NCBI RefSeq assembly: GCF_014270065.1
Contig: NZ_JACNME010000007.1
Coordinates: 56,300 to 80,299 of the forward strand
Reading direction: 5' to 3'
From: Quadrisphaera sp. RL12-1S
GTDB taxonomy: Bacteria; Actinomycetota; Actinomycetes; Actinomycetales; Quadrisphaeraceae
Length of the DNA: 24,000 bases
In this document: positions 10,835-18,534 of the stretch, in pieces
Position numbering within the stretch: position 1 is the first letter of the stretch
Layout: each line of letters begins with the position of its first letter
Translations under genes and position numbers: made by a program
Notes under the pieces: generated by a model
Seen by the model: only the letters and a program-made list of their open reading frames with translations
Databases searched by the model: none
What the model was told of the DNA's origin: nothing

Positions 10835-10905
10835 TGTGGACGGCGGCGCCCCTGGGCGGGGGGCTGCGGACAGCTGTGGACGGCGCTGTGGACAGCTGTG
10901 GACAG
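10835..10905 (-). repeat. array of five head-to-tail copies of YYGTCC(A/G)CA (DnaA-box-like 9-mers)
   Basis: The minus strand reads CTGTCCACA (10905-10897), CTGTCCACA (10895-10887), CCGTCCACA (10883-10875), CTGTCCGCA (10873-10865) and CCGTCCACA (10843-10835). Start-to-start spacing is 10, 12, 10 and 30 bp. The array lies in the 157-bp lpqB-comF intergenic region. Confidence 0.8.
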
Positions 10906-10948
10906 CTGCTGCGGCCGGGCCAGGGGGTCGAGCGGGGCGGGAGCGGGG

Positions 10949-12772
10949 TCAGCCCGGGTAGACGGGGTCGAAGGCGGCCGGCAGCTGCAGCGGCAGCCAC
11001 CGCGAGCCCTCGCGCGGCCAGACCTGGCCGTCCGCGGCGCCGACCACGAGGGACTGCCGCCCCGAGCCGCCGGCGAGCGTCACGGCGCCGGCCGTGCCGG
11101 GCGGTCCGCCGAGGTAGGTGACGCGTCCGCCGTCGACCAGCCACACGCCGGGCGCGTCCAGGGATGCGGCGCCCCCGCCCGCCAGGCGCGCGGAGTCCGC
11201 CTGGGCGCTGCCCGGCACGACGGTCCCGAGCACCGCCACGGTGGTGGAGCCCACCCACACCGCCGCGGCCACCGAGGCGAGCCAGGGGGTGGGCGGGTCC
11301 TGCGCGGCGGTCAGCTGCTGCGGGGCGCCGCTGGAGCTGCGCTGGACCCCGGCCACGTCCACGCGGACCGCGTCGGGCTGCCCGGCCGCTCCCGTGGAGG
11401 TGACCAGCGCCCGCGCGCCGTCCTCGGCGATCCGCACGCCCAGCACGCGCCGGCCGGCCAGCCAGGCGGCCGCCACCTGGGCCACCGCGCCGTCCTCCCC
11501 GACCGCGAGCACCGCGCCGGTGCAGGCGGCGGGCGTCGTCCAGGTCCACCCTCCGGGGTCGATCGAGGGGGGTGTGAGGTCCGCGCCCAGGGGGACGGCG
11601 GGCGGCATCGCCTCGGCGGCGCCGTCGAGCGCGGCGGCGCTGAGCCGCTGCAGCGCGCTGCGCCCCGCGACCAGCACGACGACGGCGTCGTCGCGCACCG
11701 CGGGCGAGGCCGCCCCCGGCACGGCGGGGAGCCCCTCGACGGGGACGACCTGGGAGCCGACCAGCCGGCACACGCGGTCCTGGGAGAGCAGGTAGGGCGC
11801 GTCGGAGTCGGGCGGGACCGGCAGGGGCAGGGTGGAGACCGGTGAGAGCTCACCACCGTCCAGGCTGGTCACCACCTGGGTGATCCCCAGCTCGGAGGAC
11901 TGGAGGGTGGCGCTCACCTGCTGCTGCAGCTGGCGGGTCTGCGCCGCCCGCTGCCGCTGCAGACCGGCCGGCAGGTCCACCGTCGCGACCCCGTCGGTGA
12001 CGGTGACGCTGTTCGCCGGGAGGTCCGTGCCCGTGGGAGCCCCGCTGCTGGTGGCCGCCGCGAGCTGTGACGGCGGTCCCGCCAGCACCTGCTCCACCAG
12101 GGTGGTGGCCGTGGCCGGGCGGTCCAGCAGCCAGCGGGGGTCGGGGACGAGGACGTCGCCGTCGGGGCGCGCCACGAACATCACCGGGCGCTGGGTGAAC
12201 GTCTGCTGGAACCGGGCCTCGTCGAGCAGGAGCAGGTCGGGGGCGTCGTCGATGCGCCACTGCCCGTCCTCGCGCAGCAGCGTCACGGAGAACTCGCGCC
12301 GCTGCCCCACCGGCGAGGGCCGGTAGACGCCGGTCGGGTCCACCTGCGCCAGCTCGGGCGCCGCCACGGAGACCACCACGGTCCCGTCGGCGCTGGTCGC
12401 GCCCTGCTGCACCACGAGGGCGCCCACGGGCAGCACCACGGTGAGCGCGGTGGGCCTCCAGCTGGCGCGCCGCGAGGAGCTGAGGAACTCGCGGGCCGCC
12501 TGGAACTCCTCCTCCACGCCCACCCCGGCCAGGAGGAAGCCCCGCACCACCCCCTCCGGCGTGGCGCCCGGCACCGGCCCCACGGGCTCGACGCGGTAGC
12601 CGGGGTCGGGGTCCGCCCGGACCACCCGGCCCTGGCGGACGGGACCGGTCACGGGGATGCGGGCGCAGCCCGCCGCGGCCGTCCCCAGCAGACCGGTCAG
12701 GGCCAGGAGGACCGCGCGGCGCCCCGGCAGACCGGTCCGGCCGGGACGGACCGGGCCGCCGCCGTCAGGCAC
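10949..12772 (-). CDS. lpqB: lipoprotein LpqB (MtrAB-associated)
   Basis: ORF 10949..12772. The signal peptide carries a lipobox (LLALTGLLGTAAAGC). The GTG start overlaps the mtrB stop by 8 nt. Position is immediately downstream of mtrB, as in the conserved mtrA-mtrB-lpqB operon. Confidence 0.9.
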   Translation of the reverse strand: MPDGGGPVRPGRTGLPGRRAVLLALTGLLGTAAAGCARIPVTGPVRQGRVVRADPDPGYRVEPVGPVPGATPEGVVRGFLLAGVGVEEEFQAAREFLSSSRRASWRPTALTVVLPVGALVVQQGATSADGTVVVSVAAPELAQVDPTGVYRPSPVGQRREFSVTLLREDGQWRIDDAPDLLLLDEARFQQTFTQRPVMFVARPDGDVLVPDPRWLLDRPATATTLVEQVLAGPPSQLAAATSSGAPTGTDLPANSVTVTDGVATVDLPAGLQRQRAAQTRQLQQQVSATLQSSELGITQVVTSLDGGELSPVSTLPLPVPPDSDAPYLLSQDRVCRLVGSQVVPVEGLPAVPGAASPAVRDDAVVVLVAGRSALQRLSAAALDGAAEAMPPAVPLGADLTPPSIDPGGWTWTTPAACTGAVLAVGEDGAVAQVAAAWLAGRRVLGVRIAEDGARALVTSTGAAGQPDAVRVDVAGVQRSSSGAPQQLTAAQDPPTPWLASVAAAVWVGSTTVAVLGTVVPGSAQADSARLAGGGAASLDAPGVWLVDGGRVTYLGGPPGTAGAVTLAGGSGRQSLVVGAADGQVWPREGSRWLPLQLPAAFDPVYPG

Positions 12773-14480
12773 GCGGCGCCGCCGTGATCTGCAGCATCGG
12801 GCGCAGCGGCAGCGGTGACCCGGCGCCCAGCTGCGCGTCCCGGGTCCGCGGCAGCGTCAGGAGGAACGTGGCGCCCTCCCCGGGCCGCCCGACCACCTCC
12901 AGGCGCCCGCGGTGCAGCAGGGCGTCCTCGCGCGAGATCGCCAGGCCGAGCCCCGTGCCGCCCGTCGTGCGGGCCCGGGCCGGGTCGGCGCGCCAGAACC
13001 TGTCGAAGACGCGGGCGGCGTCGGCGGGGGTCAGCCCGACGCCGTGGTCGCGCACCCGCACCGCCACGGCCACGTCGTCCGCGGCGACGTCCACCTCCAC
13101 GGGCCGCCCCTCGCCGTGCTCGACGGCGTTGACCACGAGGTTGCGCAGCACGCGCTCCACGCGGCGGCGGTCCACCTCGGCGGAGCAGCCACCCTCCCCG
13201 GGGGCCGCCTCGACGCCGGTGACCTCGTCGACGGCGCGGGGGTGCACGGTGACGCGCAGCTCGGTGCCGGTCCGCTCGGCCAGCGGCAGCGCTCCCTCGG
13301 CGGCCCGGCGGGCCAGCACCCCCACGTCCACCCGCTCCAGGTCGAGCGCGGCGGCCCCGGCGTCGTACCGGCTGATCTCCAGCAGGTCCGCCAGGAGCTC
13401 CTCGAACCGGTCCACCTGCGTGTAGAGCAGCTCCGCCGAGCGGGCCACGGCGGGCGGGAAGTCCTCGCGGGCGTCGTGGATGACCTCCCCGGCCATGCGG
13501 ATGGTGGTCAGCGGGGTGCGCAGCTCGTGGGACACGTCGGAGACGAAGCGCTGCTGCAGCGTGCCCAGCTGCTCCAGCTCGGTGATCTGGCGCTGCAGGC
13601 TCGACGCCATCGTGTTGAACGACGCCGCGAGGCGGGCGAGGTCGTCCTCGCCCCTGACCTCCATCCGGTCGCCCAGGTGCCCGTCGCCCATCCGCGAGGC
13701 GACCGCCGCCGCGGCGCGCACGGGCTGCACCACCTGGTGGACGACGACGGCGGTGACCACCCCGACCAGCAGCACCAGCACGAAGGCCCCGACGAGCAGC
13801 GTGCGCTGCACGGCGTCCAGGGTGGCCTGCTCGCGCGAGAGGTCGAAGAGGAAGTACAGCTCGTAGCTGCCCGCGATGGGCACCTTGACCATCGACCCGA
13901 CGGCCAGCCACGGGCGCTCCCGGCCGTCCACGTCGACGCTGATGGACTGGTACTGCTGGGTGGTGCCGCCCTGGCGCACCGCGGCGCGCAGCGTGTCGGG
14001 GACGGCCAGCGGACCGCTGGAGGCGCTGAAGAGCGCGCTGCCGATGGACGTCTGCGGCTGGGCTCCCGGCGGCTGCAGGAGCAGCACCGTGCGGTCCAGG
14101 CCCACGCCGACGCCCTGCAGCTGGCCCAGCAGCGTCTGCGTCTGCTGCTGCACCTCGTAGGTGTCCTGGGCGGTGAACTGGTCGAAGCGCGTCTGGGCGT
14201 TCCGCGCGCCGTTCAGCGCCTGGCTGAGGGCCTGGTCGCGGCGGCTGTCGAAGAGCTGGTCGCTGATGCGCCCGGCGAGGTAGGCGCCCGCGAGCGCCAC
14301 CGCGAGCAGGGTGAGCAGGGTGGTGGTGGCGACCACGCGCAGCTGCAGGGAGCGGCGCCAGCGCCGCCGCGGGCCGGGTCCCGCGAGGAGCGCCTGCCAG
14401 CGCCGGCGCCACCGGCCGCGCGCTCCGCCGCCGCGGTGGAGGACCGCCAGGTCGCCCTGCTCCAGGGGCGCGCCGGTCAG
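12765..14480 (-). CDS. mtrB: sensor histidine kinase MtrB
   Basis: The conserved N-terminal motif is RRRWRRSLQLRVV, followed by TM1, an extracytoplasmic domain, TM2 and HAMP. The H-box is SHELRTPLTTI, with N/G boxes (NLVVNAVEH, DHGVGL, GGTGLGLAI). The start is problematic. No ATG/GTG/TTG lies between the mtrA stop and GTG 14336, so the 5' end is set provisionally at the CTG (14480) that overlaps the mtrA TGA. Confidence 0.88.
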   Translation of the reverse strand: MTGAPLEQGDLAVLHRGGGARGRWRRRWQALLAGPGPRRRWRRSLQLRVVATTTLLTLLAVALAGAYLAGRISDQLFDSRRDQALSQALNGARNAQTRFDQFTAQDTYEVQQQTQTLLGQLQGVGVGLDRTVLLLQPPGAQPQTSIGSALFSASSGPLAVPDTLRAAVRQGGTTQQYQSISVDVDGRERPWLAVGSMVKVPIAGSYELYFLFDLSREQATLDAVQRTLLVGAFVLVLLVGVVTAVVVHQVVQPVRAAAAVASRMGDGHLGDRMEVRGEDDLARLAASFNTMASSLQRQITELEQLGTLQQRFVSDVSHELRTPLTTIRMAGEVIHDAREDFPPAVARSAELLYTQVDRFEELLADLLEISRYDAGAAALDLERVDVGVLARRAAEGALPLAERTGTELRVTVHPRAVDEVTGVEAAPGEGGCSAEVDRRRVERVLRNLVVNAVEHGEGRPVEVDVAADDVAVAVRVRDHGVGLTPADAARVFDRFWRADPARARTTGGTGLGLAISREDALLHRGRLEVVGRPGEGATFLLTLPRTRDAQLGAGSPLPLRPMLQITAAPRA

Positions 14481-15160
14481 GGCGGGCCGGCCTTGTAGCC
14501 GACGCCGCGCACCGTGAGCACCACCTCGGGGTGCTCGGGGTCGGTCTCGACCTTGGAGCGCAGCCGCTGGACGTGGACGTTGACCAGGCGGGTGTCGGCG
14601 GCGTGGCGGTACCCCCACACCTGCTCGAGGAGCACCTCGCGGCTGAAGACCTGCCACGGGCGGCGCGCGAGCGCCAGCAGCAGGTCGAACTCCAGGGGGG
14701 TGAGGTTGACGGGGTCGTCGCCGCGGTGCACGGCGTGCCCGGCGACGTCGATGGTCACCGGCCCGATCCGCAGCACCTCCTGCTCGGGGGCGTCGTTGCG
14801 GCGCAGCCGGGCGCGGACCCGGGCCACGAGCTCCTTGGGCTTGAACGGCTTGGGCACGTAGTCGTCAGCGCCGGACTCCAGGCCGGCGACCACGTCGAGG
14901 CTGTCGGTGCGCGCCGTGAGCATGACGATGGGGACGCCGGACTCGGCGCGGATGCGGCGGCAGACCTCGATGCCGTCGATGCCGGGCAGCATGAGGTCGA
15001 GCAGGACGAGGTCGGGGCGGGACTCGCGGAACGCCGTGACGGCGCCGCTGCCCGTGGCGCAGAAGGAGACCTCCAGCCCTTCGGCGCCGAGCACGATGCC
15101 GATCATCTCGGCGAGCGCGGTGTCGTCATCCACGACGAGGACGCGTCCCTTCACCCCCAC
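14477..15160 (-). CDS. mtrA: OmpR-family response regulator MtrA
   Basis: Near-collinear with my memory of M. tuberculosis MtrA: RVLVVDDD...PDLVLLDLMLPG...GVPIVMLTA...GADDYVPKPFKPKELVARVRARLRRND...LTPLEFDLLLALARRPWQVFSREVLLEQVWGYRHAADTRLVNVHVQRLRSKVE...LTVRGVGYKAGPP. The start is GTG 15160 or GTG 15154. The track ORF start at 15211 is probably too far upstream. Confidence 0.93.
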   Translation of the reverse strand: MGVKGRVLVVDDDTALAEMIGIVLGAEGLEVSFCATGSGAVTAFRESRPDLVLLDLMLPGIDGIEVCRRIRAESGVPIVMLTARTDSLDVVAGLESGADDYVPKPFKPKELVARVRARLRRNDAPEQEVLRIGPVTIDVAGHAVHRGDDPVNLTPLEFDLLLALARRPWQVFSREVLLEQVWGYRHAADTRLVNVHVQRLRSKVETDPEHPEVVLTVRGVGYKAGPP

Positions 15161-15198
15161 AGTCTGCCTGACCGCGCCGGCAGCGCCGCCGCGCTCGG

Positions 15199-16368
15199 GT
15201 GAGCGCCGCACCCGGTCGGCCGCCGCGGGGTGCCACGATGGGTGGCATGAGCGAGCCGCCGAGCTGGACCGCGCCCGGCGCCGGGGACCCGGACCGTCCC
15301 GAGCGGCACCCGGCCCCGGGCCCGGGGACCCCTGCGGGTCAGGGGCCGCCGGCGGGCGGCTGGGGCCAGCCGGCCGCGGTGCCGGGCGGCTCGTGGGCGG
15401 CGCCCGCGCCGCGGCCGGGCATCGTCCCGCTGCGGCCGCTGACCCTGGGCGAGCTGTGGGACGGCGCCTTCCGCGCCGTGCGCACCAACCCGAAGCCGCT
15501 GCTGGGCTTCTCCGCCGTCGTCGTCGTGGTCATCACGGCGGCGTCGCTGGCCGTGAACGCCGCCCTGCAGGGGCGGCTGCTCTCCTTCGAGCAGGACCCG
15601 TCGGCCTCTCCCGAGCAGGTGCTGAGCACGCTGGGGGGCGATGCCCCGGGGCTCGTGGGCGGCTACCTGGTCTCAGCGGTGCTGACGCTCGTGGCGACGG
15701 CGGTGCTGACGGGCGTGGTGACCGTGTCCGTGAGCACGGCCGTGCTGGGGCGGCGCACCCCGGGGGCGGAGCTGTGGCGCCGGGTGCGCGAGCGCCTGTG
15801 GGCGCTCGTGGGCGTGTCGGTGGTCATCTCCCTCATCCCCGGGGCCGCCCTGCTGGTCCTCCTCCTGCCGGGGTTCCTGCTGACGGTCGGCGGGGCCGTC
15901 GGTGGCAGCGGCGGCTCCGTGGCCGGCGGGGTGGTGCTGCTGCTGGTGGGTCTGCTGCTGGGGCTCGTCGCGTCCTTCTGGCTCACCGCGAGGCTGCTCC
16001 TCGCGCCGGCGGCGCTGATCCTCGAGGGCCAGGGCGTCGGCGGTGCGGTCAAGCGGGCCTGGGGGCTGTCGCGCCGCGGGTTCTGGCGCCTGCTGGGCGT
16101 GTGGCTGCTCACGACCGTGTGCATCCTCGTGGTCTCGGGCGTGGTGACCGCGCCCTTCTCCATCATCGCGACCGTCGTGGGGACGGTGGTCGGCGTCGAC
16201 AGCCCGCTGTACCTGCCCGTGACCCTCGGCATCACCGGCATCGGCACGGCGCTGGTGTCCACCGTGGTCTACCCGCTGCAGTCGGCGGTGACCGCGCTGC
16301 TCTACGTCGACCAGCGCATGCGCCAGGAGGGCCTGGACGTCGAGCTCGCCCGCTCCGCGGCGCAGTGA
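15199..16368 (+). CDS. polytopic membrane protein with Pro-rich cytoplasmic N-terminus (first gene of MoxR operon)
   Basis: ORF 15199..16368. After a Pro/Gly-rich N-terminus and the motif LRPLTLGELWDGAFRAVRTNPKPLLGFS there are at least 6 long hydrophobic helices. It ends LLYVDQRMRQEGLDVELARSAAQ. The start is ambiguous: GTG 15199, ATG 15238 or ATG 15247. Confidence 0.7.
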   Translation: MSAAPGRPPRGATMGGMSEPPSWTAPGAGDPDRPERHPAPGPGTPAGQGPPAGGWGQPAAVPGGSWAAPAPRPGIVPLRPLTLGELWDGAFRAVRTNPKPLLGFSAVVVVVITAASLAVNAALQGRLLSFEQDPSASPEQVLSTLGGDAPGLVGGYLVSAVLTLVATAVLTGVVTVSVSTAVLGRRTPGAELWRRVRERLWALVGVSVVISLIPGAALLVLLLPGFLLTVGGAVGGSGGSVAGGVVLLLVGLLLGLVASFWLTARLLLAPAALILEGQGVGGAVKRAWGLSRRGFWRLLGVWLLTTVCILVVSGVVTAPFSIIATVVGTVVGVDSPLYLPVTLGITGIGTALVSTVVYPLQSAVTALLYVDQRMRQEGLDVELARSAAQ

Positions 16369-16375
16369 TCCCCCG

Positions 16376-17071
16376 GTGACGCTGCTCACGTCGGTGCTGG
16401 CCGGTGCCCCGCTGGCGCCGAGCGCTGACGACGCGCGCCGCGCCGCCGAGCGCGAGCTGGCCCGGCGGGTCTACCGCGACGCCGAGCCCGGTCTGCTGCA
16501 GCGCGCCTGGGACGCGGTGCTCGAGGCCCTCTCCCGCCTGCAGGGCCCCTCCGGCGGGGGTGTGCTGCAGGTGCTGGTGGTCGTGCTGCTGGTCCTGGCC
16601 GTGGTGGTGGTGGTGGCCCTGCTCGTGCGCCGCACCGGCGCCGCGGCGCGCCGGGCGTCCTCGACCGCCGAGGCGGGGCTCACCGGCCCCGTGGACGCCG
16701 CGGCGCTGCGGGCCGAGGCGGCGCGGGCGGCCCGCGAGGAGCGGTGGGACGACGCCGTGGTGGTCGGCTTCCGGGCGCTGGTGCGCGGTCTGCAGGAGCG
16801 CGACCTCGTGGGCGCGGCCCCCGGCCTCACCGCCTCCGAGGCCGCGCGGGAGGCGGGGCGGGCCCTTCCCGAGCTCGCCGGCCGGCTCCGCGCGGTCGCG
16901 GACCTCTTCGACGGCGTCCTGTACGGCGGCCGACGGGCCTCCCAGGCGGACGCCGAGGCGGTGGCGGGCGTGGACAGCTCGGCTGCGGCGACCCGGCCGG
17001 CGCGCTCCACGCGGCCGGACCCGGCGCAGCCAGACCCGGGGCAACCGGACCTGGCGGGGAGGGCCCGGTGA
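16376..17071 (+). CDS. DUF4129-like single-pass membrane protein
   Basis: The GTG start lies 7 nt after the upstream stop. There is one TM helix (VLQVLVVVLLVLAVVVVVALLV). The C-terminal region is ERWDDAVVVGFRALVRGLQERDLVGAAPGLTASEAAREAGRALPELAGRLRAVADLFDGVLYGGR, typical of DUF4129 as I recall it. Confidence 0.7.
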   Translation: MTLLTSVLAGAPLAPSADDARRAAERELARRVYRDAEPGLLQRAWDAVLEALSRLQGPSGGGVLQVLVVVLLVLAVVVVVALLVRRTGAAARRASSTAEAGLTGPVDAAALRAEAARAAREERWDDAVVVGFRALVRGLQERDLVGAAPGLTASEAAREAGRALPELAGRLRAVADLFDGVLYGGRRASQADAEAVAGVDSSAAATRPARSTRPDPAQPDPGQPDLAGRAR

Positions 17072-18534
17072 CGACGACGACCTCCGCGCCCGGGTCCACC
17101 GGCGCGACCACCCCCACCACCACGACCGGCACCACCCGTGCCGCGGGCGCTGGCCGCAGGCGGCTGCTGGTGGCCCTCCTCGTCGTCCTGCTGGTCGGGG
17201 TGCCGGTGCTCGCCGCCGCCCTGGGCTCCCGCTCCAGCGGACGCGACCTCGACCCCGACAACCCCGCGCCCGGTGGCGGACGGGCCCTGGCCGCGCTGCT
17301 CGCGCAGGGCGGAGTGCCGGTGCAGCGCGTGGGCACCGCCGCGGCCGCCTCCCGCGCCCTCGAGACCGACAGCGGCCGCGGGGCCACCCTGGTGGTGACC
17401 GACCCGGACCTGCTCGACCCCGCGCTCCTGACCGGCCTGCTGGGACGCTCGCGCGCGGTGCTGCTGCTGGGCGCGTCGAGCGCGGCCCTGGAGGCCACCG
17501 GGACGGGCCTGCGCCTGGCCGGTGACGTGCAGCGGTCCCAGACCACCGAGACGACCCGCGGGACGGCCCCCGGGACGGGTCCGCGGACGGACCCGTCGAC
17601 GGCGGCGGTCTCCGCGCCCGTGGCCGCCCAGGACGGCCCGCCCAGCGACGACCCGGTGCCGGCCCGCTGCGACGACGGCGACGCGTCGGCCGCCGGCACC
17701 GTTGCCAGCCCGGCCGACACCGCGGCCGCCGCCGCGCACGACGCCCGCGAGCAGCTGCTCACCACCGGCTCGGGCGGCTCGGGCGGCTCGGGCGGCTCGA
17801 TGGCGCGGACGTGCTTCGACGGGCTGTACGGCACCGGCACCGCGCCGGGGGGAGCGCGGGTGCAGGTGCTCACCCAGCCGGCTCTGGTCTCCAACGAGCT
17901 GCTCGCCGAAGCTGGCGACGCCGCGCTCGGGCTGCGGGCCGCCGGCTCCCAGCCGCGCGTGGTGTGGCTGGTGGCCTCCCCCCTGGACGCCGCCCCCGAC
18001 ACGGCGCCGTCCCTGGCGCAGCTCGTGCCGGGCTGGGTGCTGCCGCTGGCCGTGCAGCTGGTGCTCGCCGCGGTGGCCGCGGTGGTGTGGCGGGCGCGCC
18101 GCTTCGGGGCGCTGGTGGTGGAGCCGCTGCCGGTGGTGGTCCGGTCGGTGGAGACCGCCCGCGGGCGGGCGGCCCTCTACCGCGCCTCGCGCGACCCCGG
18201 CGGCGCCGGCGGCGCGCTGCGGGCCGCCCTGCGCTGGCGGCTGCAGCAGCGCCTCGGCGTGCCGCCGGGCACCGCCGTGAGCGCGCTGGCCGCGGGCACG
18301 GCCCACGCGGTGCGCACCACCGGCGCGAGCGCCGCGGCCGACCGGTGGACCGCTCAGGCCGTCGAGCGCCTGCTCACGGGCCCGCCGCCGGCGGACGACG
18401 CCCAGCTGGCGGAGCTCCTGCGCGACGTCGACGCCCTGGAGGCCGACCTCGCCCCCGTCAGACCCGCCCCACCCCCCAGACCGGCGACCGCGCAGGCGCC
18501 CGAGCCGTCGACGACCCCGGAGGACCTCCCGTGA
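17068..18534 (+). CDS. DUF4350-like membrane protein
   Basis: GTG 17068 overlaps the upstream TGA (GTGA). The N-terminal TM helix is [24 protein letters not shown] large extracytoplasmic domain begins [30 protein letters not shown] second TM helix ([19 protein letters not shown]) is followed by a cytoplasmic tail. The track ORF 16744..18534 begins too early. Confidence 0.72.
   Translation: MTTTTSAPGSTGATTPTTTTGTTRAAGAGRRRLLVALLVVLLVGVPVLAAALGSRSSGRDLDPDNPAPGGGRALAALLAQGGVPVQRVGTAAAASRALETDSGRGATLVVTDPDLLDPALLTGLLGRSRAVLLLGASSAALEATGTGLRLAGDVQRSQTTETTRGTAPGTGPRTDPSTAAVSAPVAAQDGPPSDDPVPARCDDGDASAAGTVASPADTAAAAAHDAREQLLTTGSGGSGGSGGSMARTCFDGLYGTGTAPGGARVQVLTQPALVSNELLAEAGDAALGLRAAGSQPRVVWLVASPLDAAPDTAPSLAQLVPGWVLPLAVQLVLAAVAAVVWRARRFGALVVEPLPVVVRSVETARGRAALYRASRDPGGAGGALRAALRWRLQQRLGVPPGTAVSALAAGTAHAVRTTGASAAADRWTAQAVERLLTGPPPADDAQLAELLRDVDALEADLAPVRPAPPPRPATAQAPEPSTTPEDLP
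17767..17799 (+). repeat. 9-bp tandem repeat GGCTCGGGC x about 3.7 inside DUF4350-like gene
   Basis: Direct reading gives GGCTCGGGC at 17767, 17776 and 17785, plus a partial copy. It encodes [11 protein letters not shown]. Confidence 0.85.

Noticed and set aside
10917-10958. Runs of G on the plus strand (GGG, GGGGG, GGGG, GGG, GGGG, GGG) suggesting a G-quadruplex at the lpqB 3' end
   Set aside because: Such G-run patterns are expected frequently by chance at this G+C content. There is no independent support.
14481-14657. Track start of mtrB at GTG 14657 (630 aa), overlapping mtrA by about 180 nt
   Set aside because: In that stretch the mtrB frame has poor third-position G/C (gca ggt ctt ... 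cga ggt gct cct cga), while the mtrA frame is clearly the coding one.
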